This document shows positions 8,358-19,806 of a stretch of DNA of 64,000 nt, in pieces. The notes below the pieces were generated by a model. It was not told the DNA's origin. It was given only the letters and a program-made list of their open reading frames with translations, and did not search any database. The position numbers were made by a program, and so were the translations under genes. This stretch comes from Syntrophobacterales bacterium. GTDB lineage: Bacteria > Desulfobacterota > Desulfobaccia > Desulfobaccales > 0-14-0-80-60-11. The stretch is taken from positions 11,516 to 75,515 of the forward strand of contig JAILZL010000001.1 of the NCBI GenBank assembly GCA_023512475.1. Reading direction: 5' to 3'. Position 1 is the first letter of the stretch. Every line of letters starts with the position of its first letter.

Positions 8358-9718
8358 TTAGCGGCACACCCGGTTTTTTCCTCCCTCCTTGGCCCGGTAC
8401 AGGGCCCGGTCCGCCGCCTCCACCAGCCCGGCGCCGTCTGTGTGCGGCGGCAGCCCGGCCACTCCGATGCTCACCGTCACCGTCAGCTCCCGCTCCGGGA
8501 GGGGGATTCTCAGTCCGGCGATGCCGGCCCGCAGACGCTCCGCCAGAACGGCCGCCTGCTCCGGCGGGGTCTGGGGCAAAAGCATCACGAACTCCTCCCC
8601 CCCATAGCGGCACAGGATGTCGGCCTGACGCACCGAGCGCTTCAGGTAGTCCGCCACGCTTTTCAGCACCACATCCCCCGCCGGGTGCCCCAGGGTGTCA
8701 TTCACCACCTTGAAGTCGTCCAGGTCCAGGAACAAAAGGGACAGGGGCCAGCCATAGCGGCGGCTCTGTCCCACCTGCTGGGTGAGCATCTCATGGAAAT
8801 ACCGGTAATTATAGAGCCCGGTGAGGCCGTCCCGGATGGCCAGGCTTTTTACTTCTTCAAACAGCAGGAGGTTGCGCAGGGCCGCCTCCCCCTGGAGGAG
8901 GAAGATGCGGAAGAGCTCCGCCTCCTCCCGTTCGAAGGGCTCCGGCCGGCCCCCGGCCGCCAGCCCCCGATGCCCATCCGCCGCCATCTCCTCCCGCATC
9001 AGGGCCCAGCCGCAGGGTGCCTCGGAGGGCGGGTCGGCGGGGCAGGCCAGACAGTGGGCCAGCCAGCCCTGCCAGGCGGCCTGGGCCTCCGGGGAGAGCT
9101 CCGGCCTCCGGCGATGCGCCTCTCCCCAGCGTTCGCCCTCCGGCCCGGTGAGCACCAGACTGAGGCAGGCCAGGGGCAGGCTTTCCCAGATGAGGTCCGC
9201 CAGACCCTGGGTAAGGCCCTCCAGGGTCAGGGGCCCTGCCAGCCGCTCCCCGATGCGCCGGATCTGCACCAGTTCCTGGGCCCGGCGTTGGGCCAGGGCC
9301 TCCCGGGCCTGCTTCAGATCCTCCACCAGCTCCCGGTTCGCCCGGGTCAGGTGGCGCCGCTCCAGAGCCCGCTCCACCACCGCCGCCAGCTCCGGCAGCT
9401 TGAGCTCGGATTTCACCAGATAGTCGTAGGCCCCCAGACGCAGGGCCGCCACCGCACTGTCCAACCCCCCCAGGCCGGTGAACAGGATGACCTCGGTGTC
9501 GGGGCGGGTGGCCTTCAGCCGGCGCATCACCTCCAGACCCGACAGGTCCGGCAGGTTGAGGTCCAGGATGGCCACCGCCGGCTCTTGTTGCTCCACCGCC
9601 GCCAAGGCCGTCCCGCCCCGCTGATGGGCCTCCACCGCAAATCCCTGACCCTGCAAAAACCGGGTCAGGACCTGGAGGAGGGCCGGATCGTCATCCACCA
9701 CCAGGATCTGCTCGGGCA

Positions 9719-9719
<1 letters not shown>
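8358..9719 (-). CDS. Response regulator with receiver domain, central GAF-like region and GGDEF diguanylate cyclase domain
   Basis: N-terminal ILVVDDD...DLNLPD receiver motifs. The C-terminus has RDGLTGLYNYRYF and GGEEF. The start ATG shares one nt with the nadB stop. Confidence 0.88.
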
Positions 9720-11392
<1,673 letters not shown>

Positions 11393-11592
11393 GGGCGTGT
11401 CGGCTCCCGGCTCCTGGAGCCCTGGGCTCTCCCCTCCCCGGCTTGGCGCGCACCCGGGGCGGCGGCTTCAATTTCCCCCACCCGGCCGCAAGCCGAAGAA
11501 AGCCCCCGGCCCGGGCTGCCTCCTGACCGCCCCCCCTCCTCCCCCGGGGCAGCCGACGCAGAGCCAGGGAGCGCCGCCCGGAGCCAGCCGCG

Positions 11593-12453
11593 TCACCCCG
11601 CAACCCTCTCCCCGGTCAACACCTCCGCCAGGTTGCGGTACAGGATCATCTCCTGCGTCTCCGGCGGCAGCCCGGCCTCTTCCAGCTCCTTCAGGCAGCG
11701 CGCCGCGGTCAGGAGGGGGTAGTCGGTGCCGAAAAGAATCTTTTCCGCCCCCACCATGTCGATGGCCGCCCGGTAGATGGCCGGCCGGTAGAGATACGGG
11801 GAGGCGGCGGTGTCGAAATAGACCCGGCGGAAGACCTCCGGGGTCTCTTTTTTGCACAAGCCATAAAAAGGGAGACCGCCCCCCCAATGGGCCAGGATCC
11901 AGGTGACCTCCGGGGCCTGTCTCAGGCAGGCGTACAGCTCCTCCAGAGGCACCGCCGCCTTGCCGGGATACCGGTGCCCGATCCCCAGGGGGTCGTTGAC
12001 GTGCACCAGGAGGGGAACCTGGTAATGCTGACAGAGCTCCGCCAGGGGCAGAAGCACCTCGGCCAGGGTGCCCCGGGGATCATCGGTGTACCAGGCCAGC
12101 TCCCCCACCCCCCGGAAGCCCGCCGCCAGGCAGCGCTCCACTTCCCTGACGGCCCCGGGTTCCAGGGGGTTGACGGCGCAAAAGGGGACCACCACCTCCG
12201 GCCAGCGGCGGGCCGCCTCCAGGAGGATCTCATGGTGCCGCCGCCAGAGGCGCTCCTGCCGCCAGGGAAAGCCCATGACCACCGCCCGCTCCACCTGGGC
12301 CTCGGCGAGCGCCGCCACCAGCTCCTCCGGATCCACCAGCCGGGCCGTGGGGCTGCCGTACAGAAGCCGGAAGGCGGGCTCATCGGCGAAAAAATCCTCC
12401 CGCCGGCGGCAGACCTCCGGGGGGAAGGCATGGGTGTGGGCGTCCCACAGCAT
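11593..12453 (-). CDS. Metal-dependent TIM-barrel amidohydrolase (amidohydrolase 2-like)
   Basis: MLWDAHTHAFP N-terminal HxH metal motif and a C-terminal FGTDYP motif. Confidence 0.75.
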   Translation of the reverse strand: MLWDAHTHAFPPEVCRRREDFFADEPAFRLLYGSPTARLVDPEELVAALAEAQVERAVVMGFPWRQERLWRRHHEILLEAARRWPEVVVPFCAVNPLEPGAVREVERCLAAGFRGVGELAWYTDDPRGTLAEVLLPLAELCQHYQVPLLVHVNDPLGIGHRYPGKAAVPLEELYACLRQAPEVTWILAHWGGGLPFYGLCKKETPEVFRRVYFDTAASPYLYRPAIYRAAIDMVGAEKILFGTDYPLLTAARCLKELEEAGLPPETQEMILYRNLAEVLTGERVAG

Positions 12454-12508
12454 GGCGGCGGCTTCCTTTCCCTTCCGCTGCCGCTAGTTTTCATATAAAA
12501 TTCACTGC

Positions 12509-13417
12509 ATGTCAATAATCTTGGCTCTCCTGCCCCGGCTCCTGCTCCTAATGGCGGTCCTCTGCCTGACCGACCCCGCCCGGGCCGCCGGCCCCTTCCC
12601 CTACCGCCCGCCCCGGTATGCGGGGGACCCCGAGGCCGTCACCGTGGTGGGGGAGTTTCAGCGCCACCGGCTGGTGCGCTACGAAAACCTTTACGACATC
12701 GCCCGGCGCTACGACCTGGGCTTCTGGGAGCTGGCCCGCTTCCACCGCCACCTGGACCACTTCTACCTCCCCTGGGATACCGAGATCGTCATCCCCAGCC
12801 GCTGGATCGTGCCGGAGCATCCCTCCCCCCCGGGCTACCTCATCAACGTGGCGGAGCTGCGGGGCTACCACTTCTTCCCCGAGAAGGGGGAGGTGCGCAC
12901 CTATCCCATCGGCGTGGGCGTCCTGGAATACAAGACTCCCATCGGCCGCCGCTTCCGGGTGCAGAGCAAGGCCGAAAACCCCGGCTGGCGCATCCCCCGC
13001 AGCCTGCAGGCCAAATACGGCCGGACCTTCATGCCCCCGGGGGAGGACAACCCGGTGGGCTCCCACTGGCTGGGCCTGGGCACCTACGGCCTGCACGGCA
13101 CCCACGCCCCCATGGGGGTGGGCCGCCTGGTGAGCCACGGCTGCATGCGCCACTATCCCGAGGACATCAAGGAGCTTTTCGATCTCACCCCCGTGGGCAC
13201 CACCGTGGAGATCATCTACGAACCGGTGAAGTTCGGCTATCTCACGGGCCGCATTTTCGTGGAAGTCCATGAGGACATCTATTTCCGCCACCCCGACTTT
13301 TTCCGCTACGCCATCAGAAAGGCGGAGGAGAAGGGTTTGGGGCCGCGCATCAACTGGCACCGCTTCCTGAGAGCCGTGGAGGAGCGAAACGGCGCCCCTC
13401 TGGACATTACCCGCTGA
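12509..13417 (+). CDS. L,D-transpeptidase (YkuD domain), secreted
   Basis: Signal peptide. The catalytic motif SHGCMR is preceded by a GLHGT segment. Confidence 0.85.
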   Translation: MSIILALLPRLLLLMAVLCLTDPARAAGPFPYRPPRYAGDPEAVTVVGEFQRHRLVRYENLYDIARRYDLGFWELARFHRHLDHFYLPWDTEIVIPSRWIVPEHPSPPGYLINVAELRGYHFFPEKGEVRTYPIGVGVLEYKTPIGRRFRVQSKAENPGWRIPRSLQAKYGRTFMPPGEDNPVGSHWLGLGTYGLHGTHAPMGVGRLVSHGCMRHYPEDIKELFDLTPVGTTVEIIYEPVKFGYLTGRIFVEVHEDIYFRHPDFFRYAIRKAEEKGLGPRINWHRFLRAVEERNGAPLDITR

Positions 13418-13431
13418 GGACGGGAAAACCT

Positions 13432-14868
13432 GTGCGGGCACCCGCCTCACACCGGAATTCCTCCGGTGACCCCAAAAGACATCGAACTGCCGCCGTCAAG
13501 AGCCGTAGCGTGCCTCCCCCTTGCGATCTGCTCGTCCATGACGCCCTGATCCTCACCCTGGAGCCGGAGGCCGCACCTCTCTTTCCCGGGTTTGTCGCCG
13601 TCTCCGGCGGCCGCATCCGGGAGGTGGGGGTCAGGGACCCAGACCGGCCCCTGCCGGAGGCCCGGGAATACCTGGACGCCGCCGGTCTCCTGGTGCTCCC
13701 CGGCCTGGTGAACACCCACTGCCACGCCCCCATGGTCTGGTTCCGGGGCCTGGCGGACGATCTCAGTCTTAAGGACTGGCTCACCCGCCTCATCTTCCCG
13801 GCGGAAGGCCGCTGGCTGACCCCGCAGCGGGTCTATCTCGGGGCCCGGCTGGCCGCGGCGGAGCTCATCCGGGCCGGCATCACCACGGTGGCCGACGGCT
13901 ATTTCCATGAGGAGGAGGTACGCCGGGCCCTGGCGGAGGCGGGCCTCCGGGCGGTGGTGGCCCAGGGGGTGGTGGACTTCCCCGCGCCGGGCGTCCCCGA
14001 CCCCAAAGAGAACCTCCGGGTGGCCCGGGAGTTCATGGATGCGGGCGCAGACGAACCGGAAGGCCTCCTCACCTCCACCCTCTTTTGCCACTCGCCCTAC
14101 ACCTGCGGCCCCGAGACCCTCACCGCCGCCAAGGACCTGACCCGGGCGCGGGGACTCCCTTTCTTTATCCACCTGGCGGAGACCCAGGGGGAGGTGGCGG
14201 AGTGCCGCGCCAAGACCGGCCTCACCCCGGCCCGTTACCTGGACCGGCTGGGACTTCTGGATGAGGCCACCGTGGCGGTCCACGCCGTCTGGCTGGAACC
14301 GGAGGAGGTGGAGCTTCTGGCCCTCCGGGGGGTCAAGGTGAGCCACTGCCCCACGAGCAACTGCAAACTGGGGTCCGGGGTGGCCCCGGTGCCGGAACTG
14401 CTGGCCGCCGGGGTGACGGTGGGCCTGGGCACCGACGGCGCCGCCTCCCACAACCGCCTGGACCTGTTCTCAGATATGGCCCTGGCGGCCCGGCTGCACA
14501 AGGTTCACCGCCAGGATCCCACCGTGCTGCCTGCCGCCCAGGCCGTGGCCTTGGCCACCCGGGAGGGCGCCCGGGTCCTGGGGCTGGAGCACCGGGTGGG
14601 CACCCTCACGCCCGGCAAGGCCGCGGACCTCATCTGCCTGGACCTACAGCAGCCGCATCTCGTGCCCCTGTACGACCCGTATTCGCACCTGGTCTATGCC
14701 GCCGGGGCCGCAGATGTCCGCCATGTCCTGGTGAACGGCCGCTGGCTCATGAAAGACCGCCGCCTCCTCACCCTCCCCTGGCCGGAGCTGGCCAGCCGGG
14801 TGCGGGCGGAGGCCCGGGATCTGGCGGCTTTCCTGGCCGGACTTGCATCCGGCCCGGATTACCTTTAA
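13432..14868 (+). CDS. mtaD: Amidohydrolase of the 5-methylthioadenosine/S-adenosylhomocysteine deaminase type
   Basis: VNTHCHAPM metal motif, HLAET, and GTDGAASHN near the C-terminus. The start could be GTG 13510, giving MPPPCDLLVHDA. Confidence 0.8.
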   Translation: MRAPASHRNSSGDPKRHRTAAVKSRSVPPPCDLLVHDALILTLEPEAAPLFPGFVAVSGGRIREVGVRDPDRPLPEAREYLDAAGLLVLPGLVNTHCHAPMVWFRGLADDLSLKDWLTRLIFPAEGRWLTPQRVYLGARLAAAELIRAGITTVADGYFHEEEVRRALAEAGLRAVVAQGVVDFPAPGVPDPKENLRVAREFMDAGADEPEGLLTSTLFCHSPYTCGPETLTAAKDLTRARGLPFFIHLAETQGEVAECRAKTGLTPARYLDRLGLLDEATVAVHAVWLEPEEVELLALRGVKVSHCPTSNCKLGSGVAPVPELLAAGVTVGLGTDGAASHNRLDLFSDMALAARLHKVHRQDPTVLPAAQAVALATREGARVLGLEHRVGTLTPGKAADLICLDLQQPHLVPLYDPYSHLVYAAGAADVRHVLVNGRWLMKDRRLLTLPWPELASRVRAEARDLAAFLAGLASGPDYL

Positions 14869-14918
14869 GTTAAGACAGATACCACCACCGGGCCCGCTCC
14901 CTTTCGGCCCCGCTCCAG

Positions 14919-16508
14919 GTGCGGCCGGCAGGCATCGGGCTCGCCGGAAAGGACGGCATGGAGGCCAGACGCACCTCCCCCAAGGCAACCATCCCGCTCA
15001 AGGATTACCTGCAGACTCTGGTGACCTCCAGTGAGGTGGTGCGCCTCATCCATGACGTCACCTCCTGCTATGTGGAGTGCCACGACACCCCCCACGAAGC
15101 CGTGGCCCCGCAGGCCCAGGGACTGGAGCTCTTCCCCTGTCTGCGCCTCTATTTTCAGCGCCATCTGGTGGAGCTCAGGGCCACCATCTTCCCCAACCTG
15201 GTCTCCCGGGACTGGGAGGGCCTCTCCCACCTCATCCGGCTGCAGTCCCCCCACTTCCACCTGGACTTGAGGCTCTACACGCCCCACACCACCTTTCTCC
15301 TCTCCCCCTTTCACATCCGCTTCCTCAGCGTCCTCTTCGGCCGTCTGGTGCTGCAGCAGCTCTCCCTCACCCCCGGGGCGGAAGGTATCCTGGCCTACAC
15401 CCCCTTCTCCCTGGAGGAGATGGTGGTGGCGGGCTATCTCCAGAGCCTGGAGGCGGTGCCCTGCGCCACCATCAAGCTGGACTCCCAGGACAACCCCTAC
15501 ATCGGCTCCATGCTGCACACCGGCGCCGACCTCCGGCGTTGCGAAATGCCCGGGGGATTGCAGGAGGAAGCCCTGGTCAATGCCTGGCGGCTCTTCAAAC
15601 GCCTGCTCTATTATTCCGTGGAAGGGGAGCGCCTCTTCACCGGCTTCGCCTTCCTCCCCACGGTTCAGCCGCTGGAGATCTACCGCAAGCGCTGGCCCGG
15701 CCTCCTTTTGTATGAGGAGGACGGCCGGGTCTCCCTGAGCGAAGGCCTGGCGGCCCTGAAGCAGTTCCTCCTCAACGCCGACGGCCGCACCACCTTTCTG
15801 GCCCTTTATGGCCAGCAACTGGTAGGCCTGCTGCACCTGAGCCAGGGCGTGTACCGTCAGCTGGCCTCCATCAAGGCCTGGCGCTCCGCCCTGCCTTTGG
15901 CCTCCATCTCCTCCCGGGGCCGCATCTTCCTCTGGGTGCCCCTGCGGGGTCGGCACAGCAGCCGCATTCCCTTGGGGCTGCTGGAGTATCGTCAGGGCCA
16001 TCTGCACATTCCCCTCTTCCAGGACATCTTCTGGCAGCGCCTGGAGCGCCAGCTGGCGGAGGTCTGTCCCGCGCCCCGGGAACCCCGGCCCCTGCCGGTC
16101 CTCAAGCGCCTCCTGGAGATGATCCGCCGCAGCGGCCACGGCGCCATCCTTCTCATCGGGCTGACCCCGGAGCAGCTCGCCGCCCCGGACCTGCCCATGG
16201 AAAATCAGGTGCGCATCACCCCGCCCCCGCCCCTCAGCCCCCTCTGGCTGCCCCACTTCGCCGGCCTGGCCAAATCCGACGGCGCCCTGGTGTTCAATGA
16301 CCGCCTGGAGGCGGTGCAGTTCCGCACCCGCCTCAAGGCCATGGCCCCGCCCCTGCCCCTGGAGCGGGATGACCTGGGAAGCGGCATGCGCCACCAGGTG
16401 ACCCGGGAGTTCACCGCCTGCTGTCCCAATGTCCTGGGGCTGGCCATCTCCCAGGACGGGTTCATCTCCCTCTACCGGCACGGCCGCCTCCTCAGCCGCT
16501 TGTATTAA
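14919..16508 (+). CDS. Uncharacterised protein with a C-terminal DisA_N/DAC (diadenylate cyclase)-like domain
   Basis: The last ~150 aa align by eye to the DAC core: GHGAILLIG (cf. GALIVI), DGALVF (DGA motif), GSGMRHQVT (cf. GTRHRAA), AISQDGFISLYRHG (cf. VSEETGxIS). The N-terminal ~350 aa is unrecognised. An alternative start is ATG 14958. Confidence 0.7.
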   Translation: MRPAGIGLAGKDGMEARRTSPKATIPLKDYLQTLVTSSEVVRLIHDVTSCYVECHDTPHEAVAPQAQGLELFPCLRLYFQRHLVELRATIFPNLVSRDWEGLSHLIRLQSPHFHLDLRLYTPHTTFLLSPFHIRFLSVLFGRLVLQQLSLTPGAEGILAYTPFSLEEMVVAGYLQSLEAVPCATIKLDSQDNPYIGSMLHTGADLRRCEMPGGLQEEALVNAWRLFKRLLYYSVEGERLFTGFAFLPTVQPLEIYRKRWPGLLLYEEDGRVSLSEGLAALKQFLLNADGRTTFLALYGQQLVGLLHLSQGVYRQLASIKAWRSALPLASISSRGRIFLWVPLRGRHSSRIPLGLLEYRQGHLHIPLFQDIFWQRLERQLAEVCPAPREPRPLPVLKRLLEMIRRSGHGAILLIGLTPEQLAAPDLPMENQVRITPPPPLSPLWLPHFAGLAKSDGALVFNDRLEAVQFRTRLKAMAPPLPLERDDLGSGMRHQVTREFTACCPNVLGLAISQDGFISLYRHGRLLSRLY

Positions 16509-16515
16509 AAGGGCT

Positions 16516-16540
16516 CCGCCCCGGTTCCGGGCGGCTTTTC
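16516..16540 (+). terminator. Possible intrinsic terminator after the DAC-like gene
   Basis: Imperfect GC hairpin CCGCCCCGG-tt-CCGGGCGG followed by CTTTTC. Confidence 0.3.
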
Positions 16541-16617
16541 GCCTCTCCCGGAAAAAAGGGCGATTTTTCCGTCTCCCCCTCCGTCGCCAGGGGAGGGTCG
16601 GTCGCCCCGGTCCGGCT

Positions 16618-17742
16618 TCAGGAAGGCCTGCAATCTGAGGCGGGGGTGGTGACTGCCGGCGGCTGTCCCAAGGCCGCGGCGTTAAGACGGCGGGCCAGCC
16701 CCCGGGAGTCCGGCGCCACCCCAAAGACCTGCCGCCACACCCGGGGACTCTCCATGCACAGATACAGGGTGGCGGCGGGAAAGGCCGCTTCCAGCCACTC
16801 CCGCAGGCGGCCATACATCTCCACCCGGCGGGTGTGGAAGTAGCGCAGCTTGCCGTCTGGCGCCAGGATCATCTCCTCTGCGGCAAAGCGGCTGGCGGGG
16901 AAGCGCCTCAGGATCTGGCGCCGCAAAGGTGGGGGGAAGCGCAGGGCCCCCAGACTGATCCACACCGCGGCAGAAGCCGGCACCGCCCGGGCCAGCCGGT
17001 CCACCGTCTCCCGGTAAGCCGCCTCCCAACCCGGGAACCAGATCAGGGGGTCGAAGTGAAAGGCCAGCCGGAAGCCCGCGGCCGCCGCCCGGGCCGCCGC
17101 CTGGAGCCGGGCGCCCAGAGAGGCGGTTTTCGGCTCCAGCTCCCGGATCACCTCCGGCGGATTGAGGGACCAGGCAAAAATCACCCGGGGGGTCGGCCCT
17201 AGGGGCAGGAGAGGGTCCAGAGCCCGGCCCTTGCTCTTGATCTCCAGCACCGCTGCGGCCTGCCGGGCAAAAAGGGGGATCAGGCGGGCATGCAGGCCGG
17301 TGAGCTCCTCCAGGGCCAGGCTGTCCCCGAATTCCCCTGTTCCCAGACGCCACACCCCCCCTGAGGCCAGTTGCTCCTCCAGTTCCCGCAGGCAATCCTC
17401 CAGGTTGACGAACACAGTGAGGGCCGGCAGGTTGAGATACCCCTGCAGGATGCAATACCGGCAGTCAAAGGGGCAGTTGAGCCCCACCTGCAGCACCTGG
17501 TAACCGCAACAGATATATTCCGGGGTGCCGGGACAGGGCCGCCAGAACGGCCCCCGCTGCACCGCCAGCAGCAGGGTCTCCTTGGCCTGCCGGGGCCAAT
17601 CCGCCGCCAGCCCGCCCCGGGGGCGCAGCACCTCCCGATGGGGAATGACGTCCACCGGCACCCCGGGAAGCCGGGCCAGCACCCGCCGGGTGGTCTCATA
17701 GGGCAAGGCCGCCTCCTCCACCCAAATCCGCCGCAGCCGCAT
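16618..17742 (-). CDS. Radical SAM protein, spore photoproduct lyase (SplB)-like
   Basis: CPFDCRYC (CX3CX2C) motif and SplB-like length after trimming. Start set at ATG 17742 (MRLRRIWVEE) behind GGGAGG/GGAGG. The 147 upstream codons of track ORF 16618..18183 are Gly/Pro/Ala-rich. Confidence 0.75.
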   Translation of the reverse strand: MRLRRIWVEEAALPYETTRRVLARLPGVPVDVIPHREVLRPRGGLAADWPRQAKETLLLAVQRGPFWRPCPGTPEYICCGYQVLQVGLNCPFDCRYCILQGYLNLPALTVFVNLEDCLRELEEQLASGGVWRLGTGEFGDSLALEELTGLHARLIPLFARQAAAVLEIKSKGRALDPLLPLGPTPRVIFAWSLNPPEVIRELEPKTASLGARLQAAARAAAAGFRLAFHFDPLIWFPGWEAAYRETVDRLARAVPASAAVWISLGALRFPPPLRRQILRRFPASRFAAEEMILAPDGKLRYFHTRRVEMYGRLREWLEAAFPAATLYLCMESPRVWRQVFGVAPDSRGLARRLNAAALGQPPAVTTPASDCRPS

Positions 17743-17946
17743 CAGCCTCCCCGCCTCCCGACCGGTGGCACCCTTTCTTTCCTGAACATTTCCGGCTATA
17801 TTCTGAGGTGAGGAACTCCCAGGGAGATCCTGGGGGCAGGGGAGGCTCCCTCTCCTGCCCCTCTGGGCCAGGGAGGGCGCGGCAGATGAGCGGGAGGCCA
17901 TACCCGGCCCTCTCTCCCGCACGAATGCCTCCCGGAAAGGAATCGG

Positions 17947-18156
17947 ATGCCCTTCGACCTGCTGAGCCGTCTCTGGCAGGCCTGGCGGCGGCCGGCCCGT
18001 CCCCGCCCCCCGGCCTGGGGGGATCAGCCCCCGGTCATCGTGGGGATTTGTCGTCTCTGCGGCGCCGTGGTCCTGGACGACTGGCAGGTGGCCGACCCGG
18101 AGGGCTGCCTCTGCCGCCGCTGCCATTCCGCCCGCTCCGTCACCCCCGGCGGCTGA
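17947..18156 (+). CDS. Small hypothetical zinc-ribbon-like protein (CRLC...CLCRRC)
   Basis: 69-aa ORF with genome-typical codons and AAGGA 8 nt upstream of the ATG. Lies in the gap between two minus-strand genes. Confidence 0.4.
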   Translation: MPFDLLSRLWQAWRRPARPRPPAWGDQPPVIVGICRLCGAVVLDDWQVADPEGCLCRRCHSARSVTPGG

Positions 18157-18218
18157 GCCTGGCCTGGCGGGCAAAGGCGCCAAGGTCGGCGCCTAGCCTG
18201 CTTTTCCTCTGAAGGCCC

Positions 18219-19211
18219 TTAGGAGCTCAAGCCCAAAAAATCCTTTTCCTCCCCCCATCCCTGGGCCCGGGCCCGGCGGTACACCTCCCACCCCAGGGCC
18301 AGATCCTGGATGATGAGGCCGGTGGAGTCAAACACCGTGATCTCCTCCGGCCGCTCCCGCCCCGGCTTTTTGCCGGCCACCACCTCCCCCAGGCTGCCGT
18401 ACACCTGCTCAGGCCTGAGCTCCCCCCGGCTCAGGGGCACGTTGATCTCCCCGGAGTGGCGGGCCTGGGCCCAATCATCCACCACGATCTTGGCCGCGGC
18501 CAGGACGGCGGGGTCCAGCTCCTGTTTGCCCGGGGCATCGGCCCCGATGGCATTGATATGGGTCCCGGGCCGCACCCACTCCCGGGACACCAGGGGCGCC
18601 ATGCTGGGGGTGGCGGTGACCAGGATATCCGCCGCCTGGGCCGTCTCCTGGGGGGTGGGCGCCAGGGTCACCTTCACCGGATAGGCGGCCGCGGTCTCCT
18701 CCACCAGACTGCGGGCCCGGGCCAGGGCACAGTCGCAAATGATCACCTCCTCGATGGGGCGCACCTTGAGCACCGCCGCGATCTGGGTGCGGGCCTGGGC
18801 GCCGGCGCCGATCACCCCCAGACGCCGGGAGTCGGGCCGGGACAGCACCGCTGCCGCCAGCCCCCCGGCGGCCCCGGTACGGTAGTTGGTGATGTGGGTG
18901 CCGTCCATGTCGGCCCACTCCCGCCCGGTCTCCGGGTCATTGAGGAGAATTTTGGCCATCACCGTGGGCAGGCCCACCTGGGGATTCCCGGGATGCACAT
19001 TCACCCATTTGAGACCGCAGACATGGGCCTCCGGGAGAAAGATCTCCCCGTACATGGCCCGGAAATCCCCCTGGGCCAGACTGAGATAGGCCTTGGGCGG
19101 CATGTTCACCCGGCCCTCGCCGTAGGCCAGGAAGGCCTCCCGGGCCGCCGCCAAAGCCAGGTCCATGTCCAGCACCTTAAGGATCTCCGCCGCCGTCAGA
19201 ATGAGACTCAT
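18219..19211 (-). CDS. Ornithine cyclodeaminase/mu-crystallin family protein (archaeal-type alanine dehydrogenase-like)
   Basis: Start trimmed to ATG 19211 (MSLILTAAEILK) behind a GGAGGGGAGGGG RBS. GVIGAGAQA Rossmann motif and family-typical length (330 aa). Confidence 0.8.
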   Translation of the reverse strand: MSLILTAAEILKVLDMDLALAAAREAFLAYGEGRVNMPPKAYLSLAQGDFRAMYGEIFLPEAHVCGLKWVNVHPGNPQVGLPTVMAKILLNDPETGREWADMDGTHITNYRTGAAGGLAAAVLSRPDSRRLGVIGAGAQARTQIAAVLKVRPIEEVIICDCALARARSLVEETAAAYPVKVTLAPTPQETAQAADILVTATPSMAPLVSREWVRPGTHINAIGADAPGKQELDPAVLAAAKIVVDDWAQARHSGEINVPLSRGELRPEQVYGSLGEVVAGKKPGRERPEEITVFDSTGLIIQDLALGWEVYRRARAQGWGEEKDFLGLSS

Positions 19212-19240
19212 ACCGTTCTCCCCTCCCCCTCCCGGAGGCC

Positions 19241-19774
19241 TCAGGCGGCGGCACCACTGACCGCCAGGAGCCAGGAAAGCAGGCGCGCCGTCGCCGGCGC
19301 CTCCAGATGGAGAATCACGTCGCTCTCCTGGCAGGGCAGCCGCCGGGCCTTGAAGGGACCGCTGACCTCGCACTCCACCTCCCGGGGCCCGCAAATCCGG
19401 CAGCGCAGCACCGCCTCCTCGGAAAAGACAAACATCTTGCCTTCCGCCACATGGCTGGCGGCCAACAGCAGGGGCTCCTCCCAGGTGGCCCCCGGAGGGG
19501 CCGGGGGCGCCAGGGGCAAGGAGTGCAACCCCGCAAAGGCTCGGATGGCCGCCTGGACCTCCCCCTCCGGCGCCAGGCGGAGGCGCAGGCGGATCAGGTC
19601 GCTGCCCGCAGCCCCCGGCCCGGAAGTGACCTCAAGGGGGGCCGCCCGCAAGATAAAGGGGGGGCGGTCGTGGCAGTCCAGGCTGACGGACAAAGGCCCG
19701 GCGCCCCTCAGGGCCGCCGGCGCCCCAGGGAAGAGGGCCTCCAGCACAGTACAGGTGAAATGCATCGGCGCCAT
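19241..19774 (-). CDS. Hypothetical protein
   Basis: 177-aa ORF directly upstream of, and co-oriented with, the OCD-family gene. Codon usage is consistent with coding. No motif recognised. Confidence 0.45.
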   Translation of the reverse strand: MAPMHFTCTVLEALFPGAPAALRGAGPLSVSLDCHDRPPFILRAAPLEVTSGPGAAGSDLIRLRLRLAPEGEVQAAIRAFAGLHSLPLAPPAPPGATWEEPLLLAASHVAEGKMFVFSEEAVLRCRICGPREVECEVSGPFKARRLPCQESDVILHLEAPATARLLSWLLAVSGAAA

Positions 19775-19806
19775 GGGACTTTCCCGGCCCGGGGCCGTCC
19801 CCCTCC

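Noticed and set aside
14865-16814. 649-aa minus-strand ORF.
   Set aside because: Antisense to the DAC-like gene. The translation is Gly/Glu/Pro/Ala-rich with no motifs, whereas the plus-strand frame has a recognisable domain and normal composition.
17743-18183. N-terminal extensions of track ORFs. Examples are the first 147 codons of the splB-like ORF, the first 132 codons of hom (24976-25371), the first 61 codons of the OCD gene (19212-19394), and similar cases for radA, cca, lysS, cupin, trmO and ykgJ.
   Set aside because: The extensions are Gly/Pro/Arg-rich, lack an RBS and often overlap the upstream gene. Internal ATGs with GGAGG-type RBS coincide with the family-typical N-termini.
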